Origin: Chiloscyllium plagiosum
Lineage: Eukaryota
DNA: 64,000 nucleotides
Assembly (NCBI RefSeq): GCF_004010195.1
Contig: NC_057755.1
Coordinates: 2,059,803-2,123,802, forward strand
Direction of reading: 5' to 3'
Part shown: one piece after another, positions 39,791 through 50,876 of the stretch
Position numbering within the stretch: position 1 is the first letter of the stretch
Layout of the letters: every line of letters starts with the position of its first letter
The notes under the pieces: model-generated
Databases searched by the model: none
What the model was told of the DNA's origin: nothing
The model's input: the letters and a program-made list of their open reading frames with translations, nothing else
Position numbers and translations under genes: made by a program

Positions 39791-40399
39791 CAACCTCCTA
39801 GAAACGTTTGAACAAAGCGAAAGGCTGAGAACACATAATCCTATTTAACTAATGTCTTCAGCACCAACTAGCCCACGACAGGGACAGCAGTTCTAGATTT
39901 AATCTTCTGAAATGATGCTGGGATGCAGATGAATTAGAATGGATGGATTGCTTTTGAGACAGTGACATTAACATGTTTACATTGAGTGTAAATACAGAAC
40001 AAGACAAAGGCAACAAAAGTCAAACATCGATTTTTATTGCAGCCAAATATGATGAAGCTGAGAGATTATCTGGTGAATTCGAGCTGGATCTTGAAGCGAA
40101 TTTAAGAACTAATAAGTCGGAGAATTTCAAAAGTGAGGTTCTGGAGGCACTGTGAAGACAGGACACAACAGCAGAAACTGTTATATTTCCAGATCTCGAG
40201 CCCCATTGGTGTCAGCAGGCAGACAGGAGAGGATGGAACAATCAAAGAATGATTCTTACCATGACAAAAAAACAGAAAATTATAGACAGCCTTACAGAAA
40301 ATCTAAACTAAACATTAATTCGGAAAGGTGAAGGTAGCAGAGGGAAATTACTGGCGGGTAAAGTAGACTAAAAAAACTCACCGTAGAAAGGAAGTAGAA

Positions 40400-42245
40400 G
40401 TGTACTTAAGAGGGAAATCAGGAGGGCAGAAAGGCGACATGAGATAGCTTTGACAAATAGAGTTAAGGAGAATCCAAATGATTTTTACAAACACATTAAG
40501 GGCAAAAGGGTAACGAGGGACAGAATAGAGCCCCTCAACGATCAGCTAGGCAGCCTTTGGGTGAGCTGCAGATAATGGAAGAGATACTAAATGAGAATTT
40601 TGCATCAGTATTTATTGTGGAAACGGATATGGAAGACATAGACTGTAGGGAGGTAAATGCTGACATCTTGCAAGATGTCCAGATTACAGAGGAGGAAGTG
40701 CTGGATGTCTTGAAACGGGTAAAGGTTGATAAATCCCAGGACCTGATCAGGTGTACTCGAGAAATCTGTAGGAAGCTAAAGAGGTGATTGCTGGGCGTCT
40801 TGCTGAGATATTTGTATCATTGATAGTTACAGGTGAGGCACCGGAAGACTGGAGGTAGGCAAACGTGGCGCCACTGTTTAAGAAGTGTGATAGGGACAAG
40901 CCAGGGAACTACAGATCAGTGAGCCTGACTTAGGTGGTGGGCAAGTTGTTGGAGGGAATCCTGAGGGACAGGATGTGCATGTATTTGGAAAGGCAAGGAC
41001 TGATTAGGATAGTCAACATGCGTTTGTGCGTAGGAAAACGTGTCTTACAAACTTGATTGAGTTTTTTGAGGAAGTAACAAAGAGGATTGATGAGCGCAGA
41101 GCGGTAGACATGATCTATATGGACTTCAGTAAGGCGTTCGGCAAGTTCCCCATGGGAGACTGATTAGCAAGGTTAGATCTCATGGAATACGGGAGAACTA
41201 GCCATTTAGATACGGAACTGGCTCAAAGGTGGTGGTGGGAGGGTTGTTTTTCGGACTGGAGGCCTGTGACCAGTGGAGTGTCACAAGGATCAGTGCTGGG
41301 TCCTCTACGTTTTGTTATTTACATAAATAATTTGGATGCGAGCATAAGAGGTGCAGGTAGAAAGATTTCAGATGACACCAAAACTGGAGGTGTCATGGAC
41401 AGCGAAGAGGGCTACCTCAGATTACACAGGATCTTGATTAGATTGGCAAAAGGGCTGAGAATTGGCAGATAGAGTTTAGTTCAGATAAATGCGAGGTGCT
41501 GCATTTTGGGAAAGCAAGGCTTATACACTTAATGGTAAGGTCATAGGGAGTGTTACTGAACAAAGAGACCTTTGAGTGTAGGCTCATAGCTCCTTGAAAG
41601 TGGAGTCGCAGGGAGATAGAATAGCGAAGTATGTGTTTGCTATGCTTTATTTCATTGGTCAGAGTATTGAGTACAGGAATTAGGAGGTCATGTTGCGGCT
41701 ATACGGACATTTTTTCGGCCATTGTTGGAATATTACGTGCAATTCTGGTCTCCTTCCTATCGGAAAGATGTTGTGAATCTTGAAAGGGTTCAGAAAAGAT
41801 TTAATAGGATGTTGCCAGGGTTGGAGGGTTTGAGCTACAAGGAGAGGCTGAACAGGCTGGGGCTGTTTTCCTTCAGCGTCAGAGGCTGAGGGGTGACCCT
41901 ATAGAGGTTTACAAAATTATGATGGGCATTCATAGGATAAATAGGCAAAGTCTTTTCCCTGGAATCGTGGAGTTTAGAACTAGAGGGCATAGATTTAGGT
42001 TGGAAGGGGAAAAATATAAAGGAGACCTAAGGGGCAACATTTGCACACAGAGGGTGGTACGAGTATGGAATGAGCTGCCAGAGGAAGTGCTGGAGGCTGG
42101 CACATTTGCTATATTTAAGAGGCATTTGAATGATATATGAATAGGTGGGACTAGATTGGGTTGGGATATCTGGTCAGCATGGACGGGTTGGACAGAAGTG
42201 TCTGTTTCTAAATTGTACATCTCTATGATTCTATGACTCTATGAA
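40400..42245 (+). mobile_element. CR1 LINE ORF2 RT and 3' end
   Basis: DWRPVTSGVSQGSVLGP..F.IYINNLD, SDDTK, FRTRGHRF; tail ctatgattctatgactctatg. Confidence 0.9.
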
Positions 42246-42899
42246 GACCAAATAATAGCGTTGAAAATTATACAGCTGTTAAAGAATCACATATGACGAC
42301 TGATGTAAGGCAATGTACATTAGTGCACTAATCCACATACACAAACCTTGGTTAATCCAAGCATTAGTTGTTATTTTATTACTCCAATCACTTTGAAACA
42401 TGTGACTGTGTTTGTGATTTATTTCATATTGTGGCTGGACGGCCCACTCAATGTAATGAATTTATGATGAAAGATAATGAGCTTATCATGGAGTTACAAA
42501 AGCTGGACAATGATTAAAGCATGCTGGGAAATGGGAACCAGCTTTGAACAGAGTGACTGCGCTGATCAACATGCTGCAGAATGCAGACAAGCTGCAACTA
42601 CCAACAGGAGAAAATGATGAGTGCAGATGCTGAAGGGTCAGAGTCTAAACGTGTGGCACTGAAAGCATAGCAGGTCAGGCAGCATCCAAGGAGCAGGAAA
42701 ATAAGTTCTTCATCACACTTTGCACTTTATGACACTGCAGCTTGTCACAGACAGTCTGCAAACAACTTGGTAGCTGCAGATCCGAAAGTATCCACCCAGA
42801 TTAGGGTTTGAATGTGACAACAGAATGTTATCCCCAGGATAATCGGAACCATCAAGGTGTGCACCAGACATGGAAGCACCTCCCAACCTGATTTAGAGG

Positions 42900-43020
42900 A
42901 GGTGCAGACACAGGGAGAATACCCAAACTCCACACAGATAGACACCAGAGGCTGGGATTGAACCCAGTTCCCTAGCGCTGTGAGGCAGCAGCGCCAATCG
43001 CTGAGCCACCGTGCCACCCT
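42900..43020 (-). mobile_element. tRNA-derived SINE (HE1/V-SINE-like) 5' head
   Basis: Reverse complement gggtggcacggtggctcagcgattggcgctgctgcctcacagcgctagggaactgggttcaatccc carries pol III A/B boxes. Confidence 0.7.
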
Positions 43021-43022
43021 GT

Positions 43023-43345
43023 CGTCCAGCAATCGATGGTGAGGTCGAAGGCTATCCTGCAGAATTCCTTTGGGATGCTGGAAGTTCCAGAAAAGCCCTG
43101 AATGTCTCTCTGTTTAATAATTTACCTTGGCAAGCCACTGGGGCTATTGTTTCAAGTGGGTTTACTGACCACGTACTCGAGGGGTATGTGACAGAAACTG
43201 ATAGACTTTAACTGGACGACATTACATGCCAGCACCCTGCTATTTCAGTCAACCTTCCCCTAGGCACAGACCACTTCTTGGGGTCGATTATATGACGAAT
43301 CTTCGTTTCGACCCAGTGAATGCCTGAATATGGCAATTAACGCCA
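43023..43345 (+). pseudogene. Retroviral-type aspartic protease relic (endogenous retrovirus/LTR element)
   Basis: RPAIDGEVEGYPAEFLWDAGSS (D-[T/S]-G site as D-A-G at 43074-43082), later SGF flap-like residues and, after a stop and frameshift, LGVDYMTNLRFDPVNA*IWQL (ILG.D-like motif). Confidence 0.6.
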
Positions 43346-43404
43346 GTTATTAATGCCGCATCCATCATCTCAATGGGCCATTATGCTAATTGAGTCAGCA
43401 CGAT

Positions 43405-43615
43405 TGGGGTGGCACAGTGGTTAGCACTGCTGCCTTACAGTGTCAGGTACCCGGGTTCGATTCCAGCCTCGACCCAATGTCTGTATGGAGTTTGTGCATT
43501 CTCTCTGTGTCTGCATGGGTTTCCTCCCACAATCCAAAGATATGCAAGTTGCATGAATTGGCCATTCTAAATCACCCATAATTTTGAGGGATATATAAGT
43601 TAGGTGCATTCGGCC
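43405..43615 (+). mobile_element. tRNA-derived SINE (HE1/V-SINE-like)
   Basis: ggtggcacagtggttagcactgctgcc...gggttcgattcc (A/B boxes), then ggagtttg...gggtttcctcccacaatccaaaga core. Confidence 0.8.
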
Positions 43616-44445
43616 GCATTCCCACAAGATGCAATATCACAAGACGTCTCGTACGGACTAAACAGATGAGCTCAGACTCCCAGACGGTCATTCCATTGCT
43701 CACCACTGGAGGGAATTACGAGATACAAACATACGAACCGAGATGATTCAACATGGCCATGCCGCTGGAGACAGAGGATTGAAAACCTCTGTGGGCTGCC
43801 TACTAACAAACCCATTCACTCACTAATCCAGGAGATGTAACGGATCCTGGCAGCCACTAAAGACAGGGTCCTACTGTTTCTGATAGTCCAATCTCACACG
43901 GATCTCATCTGTCTTCCAACTCGTCTTTCTGTGGACACTGATGGCATTAACCAGGTTACTGTTCTTCGGTGACCCTCACTTCTTTAATTTATATGTAAAC
44001 CACTGGTCTCTTGACACCGTTCACATTGGTACTTCACGTTAAATTGATTTTCGTACTTGATGGTCCACTCAGCAGACTGTCTTCATCGTCACTTGTCTTT
44101 GAAAACATATAATGGTCGGGTCATTGAAATAGTCCTTACCGCGACCACTAGAAAACAAAGTTAGAGCCGACCTGCCTCTGAAAACCCAGCTGAACATGCC
44201 ACCTGGGTTTCACATTAACAAGGTTTCGGGTTGATATTGTTTTCTTGAAAACAAAATTGGGAAGAGGGTCAGTATGCATACGATAGAGTACTGTGTCGAA
44301 ACTAGTCAGCTATTAAACAAAGATTACAACAGAATCAACCTTAATCTCTACCTCGTATAGCCATGACTGCACGAAACACAATCATGATATACCTCATCAG
44401 GATCATTATCGTCATTGGGAATCAGGCACAGGAGACATCAAATTG

Positions 44446-44652
44446 GAGAACTTGAGGACTGCAGATGCTGGAGATCAAAGCTGAAAAATGTGTTGCTGGA
44501 AAAACGCAGCAGGTCAGGCAGCATCCAAGGAGCAGGAGAATCTACGTTTCCGGCATTAGCCTGAAGAATTGCTTATGCTCGAAACGTCGATTCTCCTGCT
44601 CCTTGGATGCTGCCTGACCTGCTGCGCTTTTTCAGCAACACATTTTTCAGCT
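44446..44652. mobile_element. Palindromic Penelope-derived element with ~12-bp target-site duplication
   Basis: Inverted arms; gg(a/t)gacatcaaa on both sides (44431-44442 and 44653-44664). Confidence 0.8.
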
Positions 44653-44681
44653 GGTGACATCAAACAAACCTGGGGACACAT

Positions 44682-45080
44682 CCCCAGGATATTTATAGTT
44701 TGGCCAACTGGATGTTCCCGGGTTATTTAAGGTTCAGTCCACTGGATGCTCCAGGTTATTTATGGTTTGGCTCACTGGATGCCCCATGATATTTATGGTT
44801 GGCCCACTGAATGTCCCCAGGATATTTATGGTTAGCCCACTGAATGTCCTCAGGATACTTATGGTTTGGCCCACTGGATGTTTCCAGGATATTTAAGGTT
44901 TTGCTCACTGGATGTCCCCAGGATATTTATGGTTGGCCCACTGAATGTCGCCAGGATATTTATGGTTTGGCTCACAGGATGTCCGCAGGATATTTATGGT
45001 TGGCCCACTGAATGTTCCCAGGATATTTATGGTTTGGCCCACTGGATGTCCCCTGTTTATTTATGGTTTGTCCCACTGGA
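44682..45080. repeat. 33-34-bp minisatellite, about 12 units (ccccaggatatttatggtttggcccactggatgt)
   Basis: Direct inspection of tandem units. Confidence 0.95.
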
Positions 45081-45787
45081 AGCTAGTGAATGTGGGTACA
45101 TCCCAATAGGAGTATAATGTTTGGATGCGCCAATCAGCGGGTAGCATATGAAAATACAAGTAGAAGCTCAGATGATTGTTAACTGAGCGTAAAAATTGAC
45201 GGGTGATTTTTGGGGATTGTTGTCATTTTGAGTATGTTGGCCAAGTCAGGAAGTTGGTTTGCAAACATTTCAGAATGGAAGAAATTACTAGAATCAGCAA
45301 CCGGAAGGTAGGAATGGAACCAAATAAACTCCACAAGACACAGTACAGCAGCGCTTCACAGGAGGCTCCAAAGCACAGAGGATTTAACATGGACAGGGAA
45401 CGAAACATCTGCAAACCAACTTCCCCGCTCGGCCAACATACCCACAACTATAACAACCAGCAGCCGAGATACAAACCTTCACGTAAACCCTGAGTTGGTG
45501 GGGATTCTCAAAATTTGGGTGCCCTGAGATAAAACAACAGAACCGGGCGCTGTGCAGCATATCCGGACAATGGATGATAGAACAGTTGAGGGAAATCTCA
45601 ATCAGGTGAGGCAGGTTCAGGTTCCATCCTGGATCAACTACGAACACAGGCACTATTCACGAAGGCCTATGCTTCTAATATGACAACACCCTAATGTCCA
45701 CAGTAGAGAGCAACTAAGGCTCATTGGGACCGATTTGGAACATCTATTTCAGGGAAAGAAACACCCCAAATTATCACACTGCCAACA

Positions 45788-45912
45788 TTCCTGATGAAGG
45801 GCTGATGCCTGAAACGTCGACTCTCCTGCTTCTCAGATGCTGCCTGACCTGCTATTCCTGCACCACACTTTTCGACTCGGCCTCTCCAGTGTCTGAAGTT
45901 CTCACTTTCTCC
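45788..45912 (+). mobile_element. Penelope-derived short element with intact minimal hammerhead core
   Basis: CTGATGA (45791-45797)-AGGGC-TGAT-GCCT-GAAA (45811-45814)-C-GTC (45816-45818). Confidence 0.7.
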
Positions 45913-47879
45913 CGGACTGCCTCCTGTGACAACTGACCAAGGTTTGAGTCAATGATGAGTGGTAAAGGACTCCTGGGAAGCATTAAGGATGGTATTAGGA
46001 CTCCAAATAATGACGTACGATACAATTGGAGTAAGGATGTTCGAAGTAGAAAACATAGGCACTATTCACGAGGACCTAAGAATACGATATGATGACACCC
46101 TACCGTGCACAGTAGTGAAGGACAGGAGGCTCACAGGCACCACTTTGGATGAAAGTCAACAAACTAACACTATTGTACCATACCCGTACCCAATTTACTG
46201 AAATGAACATGCACTGTGTGGGTTCAGGACAAACACCAACCTGAATTGCATCATGGAGGCTTATAACCTGGACACCAACATAACCCAGGTACCGACTGGG
46301 GAAGGGCAGTATGGTCTCACAACCTCACTTGGCCATTATCTGTATTGGACAGCCCAATATAATATCAACAACAGCACCCTCAGCATTAGGGTCCACATGC
46401 CTGCCAGCATCGGCCGAGTCCAGCTCATTAATAGACATAAAAGGGAGAAGGGGCTATTCAATGTGAGTGAGGAACTCCGGCAGACTCTGGGGGAATATAT
46501 GGAGAAGTACGACACTGTCCTCCAGCCCCTGCTGGCGGAGTTACGCCAGCGTCGAGCTGGGTTTGTCACAGCCCAGAGAACCCTCCCCAAGGAGAAAATA
46601 GCAGGCCCATGATGCCAAACAGGGAATAAAGGAGATTAAAGTAACGACTTTGTGGGAGGATTTCTAGCAGTGCAGCTCCAACATAGTGATCCATCATTGG
46701 ATCCGCCTTGTCTCATATCTGACTGCGTTGTTAATTCTGGTTACCCTAGTATATCACACCATTAAATTTATCTGGTGGGAACAAGCTGTCAAACAAACTA
46801 AATGTGCAGTTTTCAATCCCTGAGCTTATTGAAGCATTGTAAATATTTGTGAAAAGGGCGAAGGAATCTTAGTTATCATGGTGTGTGAGTAACGTTGGTT
46901 CATTTTTTTTTAATAATTCTGAAGGACCTTTTATTATGTGACTTCATAACGTTTTGCCATTATAAATTTCGCTCTGAACCGTTTTATATTTGCCAATTTC
47001 TTCAATGTCATTATTTATTTTAATTTACTACACTGCCTGTAAGAGTACATTTATTTAAGTAGGTATTATGCTTTACTTGAGCTTGAATGATTGTTTGCTC
47101 ACTACACAGAGATTGCAGACATTGGTTTTTTGTTAGGGTTTAGATTAGTGTGGTACTCGAAAATCACAGCAGGTCAGGCAGCATCCGAGGAGCAGGAAAG
47201 TCAACGTTTCGGGCAAAAGCCCTTTATCAGCCCTTCCAACATCTGCAGTTCTCACTTTTGCCTTCGTCTTTTATGAGGTGATCCAACACCTTTCCTGTTC
47301 AGGAACAAGTGGCCACACAGGCTGCTCAAAATAATTGATGTTTGTCGGAATTTGGTAAAATTGGACAAGGAGTAAAGGATGCTGGGAAATGGAAGCCAGC
47401 CTTGACAAAGTGACTGTGTCAATTAACATGCTGCAGAATGCAGACAGACTGCAGCTACTCACAGACAGTTTCCAAACATCCTGGTAGCTGCAGACCCTAC
47501 AATACTATCCCTAATTTGGGTTTGAATGTGACAATAGAAGTGTGTACCAGACACGGAAGCACCTCGCAGCCTTATTTGTAGGATGGTACGTGTGACCAGC
47601 ACCTCCAGTAATGAACATCTAAGGGCCATCAGTTCTGGGAAACATAGCTGCCTGAAATTCTTGTACCTTCTCCAGTTCCCCCACAATAAAAGTGCACGAC
47701 AGGTTCATGAAGTCTGAGAAAGTCACAGAGCACAGAAGGGGCTCTTTCATCCAACCTTGTCTCGAGCCTGCAATCAGTTACTTGATAACGTACAGAGAAT
47801 GTTTAAGGTTGTTTAATTTCAGCTGTTAGTGCTTTGCTTTAAATTTCCGTTCTCTAAATGAACCCACAAACTTGTTCAA

Positions 47880-49467
47880 CTGTAACAAGGGAGAGAATAG
47901 GTCCCCTCAAAGATCAGCAAGGCGGACTTTTTGTGAAGCTGCAGATGAGAGAGATATCAAACGACTATTTTGCATCAGTGTTAACTGGGGAAAAAGACAT
48001 GAAAGATATAGAATGCGGGGTGACATCTTGAAAAATGTCCATATTACAGAGGAAGAAGTGCTGGATGTATTGAAATGTATAATAGTGCATAAATCCCCAG
48101 GACCTGATCATGTGTACCCGAGAACTCTGTGGGAAGCGAGGGCAATGATTGCTGGGCCACTTGCTGAGATATTTGTATCTTCGATAGTCACAGGTAAGGT
48201 GCTAGAAGACTGGAGGGTGGCTAAAGTGGTGCCTCTGTTTAAGAAGGATGTCAAAGATTAGCCGCGGATCCGTAGACTAGTGAGCCTGACGTCAGTGGTG
48301 GGCAAGTTATTGGAGGGAATCCAGAGAGACAGCATGCATATGTATTTTGAAAGGCAAGGACTGATTCAGGATATTCAACATGGCTTCGTGTGTGGGAAAT
48401 TGTGTCTCACAAACTTGATTGAATTTTTTGAAGAAGTAACAAAGAGGGTTGATGAGTACAGAATGGTGGGCGTGATCCATATGGACTTCAGTAAGGCGTT
48501 TGACAGGATCCCCATTGGGAGACTGGTTAACAAGGATAGATCTTCTGGAATACAGGGAGAACTAGCCATTTGGATACTGAACTAGCTAGAAGGTAGAAGA
48601 CAGAGGGTGATGGTGGAGGGTTGTTTTTCAGACTGGAGGCCTGTGACCAGTGGAGTGCCACCAGAGATTGGTGCTGGGGTGTATTACTTTTCATCATTTT
48701 ATATAAAGGATTTGGATGTGAGTATAAGAGGTATAGTTAGCATGTTTGCATATGACACCAAAATTTGAACTGTAATGGACAGCGAAGAAGGTTACCTCAG
48801 ATTACAACGGGATCTGAATCAAATGGGCTAATGGGCCAATTTAGACAAATGTAGGGTGCTGCATTTTGGGAAAGCAGATCTTAGCAGGACTTTTAAAACT
48901 TAACGATAAGGTCCTCGTGAATGTTCCTGAACAAAGAGACCTTGGAGTGCAGATTCATAGCTCCTTGAAAGTGGAGTCTCAGGCAGATAGGATAGTAAAG
49001 AAGGTGTTTGGTATACTTTCCTTTATTGGTCAGAGTATTGAATACAGGAGTTGGGACGTCATGTTGCAGCTGTACAGGACATTGGTTAGGACGCTTTTGG
49101 AATATTGCGTGCAATTCTGGTCTCCTTCCTAATGGAAGGCTGTTATGAATCTTGAAAGGGTTCAGAAAAGATTAAGAAGTATGTTTGCAGGGTTGGAGGA
49201 TTTAGCTATAGTGAGAGGTTGAATAGGCTAGGGCTGTTTTCCCTGGACCATCGGAGACTGAAGGCAGACCTTCTAGAGGTTTATAAAACTACAAGCGGCA
49301 CGGATAGGATAAATAGACAAAGTATTTTCTATTGGGTGAGGAAGTCAAGAATTAGAGTAAATAGGTTTAGGGTAAGAGTGGAAAGAATCAAAGGAGACCT
49401 AAGGGGTATTTTCTTACAAGGAGAAGATGGTACGTGTGTGGAATGAGCTGGCAAAGGAAGTGCTGAA
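47880..49467 (+). mobile_element. CR1 LINE ORF2 RT fragment
   Basis: KSPGPDHVYPRTL, QHGF, MDFSKAFD, LVRTLLEYCVQFWSP. Confidence 0.9.
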
Positions 49468-49650
49468 GTGGAGCTTCCATCTCTTTTCTGTGCTTCACCA
49501 CCACTTCCCCCAAATTCCTGTACTGTTATTCTGCTGTAACTTATAAAACCTTTTCAGGCAGTGGAGCTTCCATCTCTTTTCTGTGCTTCACCACCACTTC
49601 CCCCAAATTCCTGTACTGTTATTCTGCTGTAACTTATAAAACCTCTTCAG
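49468..49650. repeat. Near-perfect 93-bp tandem duplication
   Basis: gtggagcttccatctc...ttataaaacc.ttcagg starts at 49468 and again at 49561. Confidence 0.95.
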
Positions 49651-49980
49651 GAGCAAATTTCTACTTCCCAAATCCACCAGGAGAAGTCACCTGTAATTGA
49701 TCGAGTTATGTACACAATTTTTGGAATCAGTGCCAGATTGAAGACCCATGAAGGAACCTGCTTCCAAACGAAAACTGTTTCTAATAGCATCAGCACAGAG
49801 AACACTAGAGAAGCTCAGCAGATCTGGTATCAATTGGGAAAAATGAATCAGAGTTAATATTTTCTGCCAGGTATGACTTTACCACAGAACCGCTTGTAGG
49901 AGCGGGGATCTTAGGCAGGAGTATTAATCCCGAGGCGACTGTTGCATTGGGCAAATGGAGAATGCGGACGATTTTGGAAC

Positions 49981-50876
49981 TATAGAGGAAGCTCTATCCA
50001 AATATCAAATATCCGAATTTCAGATTATCCCAAGGAGATCTCGAGGCCCCGATGGAAACATTACATCAAAGAGGTGTTTCCAACAGTCATCACTTTTTTT
50101 GTTCACAGTGATTATATATGAACTTGGCTTACTGAAATGCTGCAGAGAAGAGTCCTGGACATCGATCGGACTGTGGGTGGGATTGGGGGCTTGAAATGGG
50201 GCGGGGTTTGGGGTTTGGATGGAGGGAGGGTTGTGAGCGCATGGAATGCATTGCCAGCGGTGGTGANNNNNNNNNNNNNNNNNNNNNNNNNNNNNNNNNN
50301 NNNNNNNNNNNNNNNNNNNNNNNNNNNNNNNNNNNNNNNNNNNNNNNNNNNNNNNGCGGGGTTTTTGTGTCGGATGGGGCGTGGTTTGGGGGTCAGATGG
50401 GGGTCGGGGTTTGAGGATCAGGTGGGGCGGGGTTTGGTAGTCGACGGGGCGGGGTTTGGAGGTCGGACGAAGGGGCGGGGTGTGGAGAGTAGGACGAGGG
50501 ATTGGGGTCAGACGGGGGTGTGAAGTGGGATGGATACGGTTGGGGCCCACAGGGTGTCGGGGCCTCATGCACGGTGTGCTGCTCCCTCATCTCCTGAATG
50601 GGAAGCGGACATATCAAGTGCTCGCTGTGTCAATGCCATTGAACTGATTGGGGTGGGGATAAGTGGAAGGCTCCAGCAATGTTGAAGTGTGTGTTTCTGA
50701 TCACAAATAAATCCTGAGACTGACAGAGGGACCAAAGCAAGCAGCACGAGGACAAAAGCAACTTCAGAAATCTCCGAGCCCCAGAGGAGAGGCATTGAAT
50801 CAATTAATTGAATAATCAATTATCTGAACGAAATAGTGTCCCTCCATCTTGTTCAGATAATCGAGGTTCCTCTGTA
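49981..50876. mobile_element. Tigger/pogo-like (Tc1-mariner) non-autonomous DNA transposon spanning an N gap
   Basis: Right end gttcagataatcgaggttcctctgTA (reverse complement TAcagaggaacctcgattatctgaac); degenerate left end TAtagaggaagctc..tatccgaa; TA flanks. Confidence 0.55.

Larger units (their letters stand above)
44363..46823 (+). pseudogene. Decayed envelope-like type I membrane glycoprotein gene (lokiretrovirus/F-like Env candidate), interrupted by TE inserts and a minisatellite
   Basis: Signal-peptide-like MIYLIRIIIVIG at ~44384; one frame 45959-46612 with a single internal stop, Cys and N-glycan sequons (NIT, NNS, NVS); after a frameshift LWEDF*...HHWIRLVSYLTALLILVTLVYHTI (TM), short tail, stop 46821-46823. 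Confidence 0.55.

Noticed and set aside
39790..40400. Possible gag upstream of the retroviral relic
   Set aside because: Contains a PT(R)...AVLDLIF-like motif of CR1 endonuclease, so it is better explained as a decayed LINE
43620..44340. Possible integrase/RNase H remnants (e.g. RTEMIQHGHAAGDRGLKT)
   Set aside because: Loosely HHCC-like, but no DDE core or consistent frame is recognisable; not supportable without a profile search
44682..45080. Regular 33-34-bp repeats resembling a CRISPR array
   Set aside because: Head-to-tail units without unique spacers, eukaryotic context and no cas genes; it is a minisatellite
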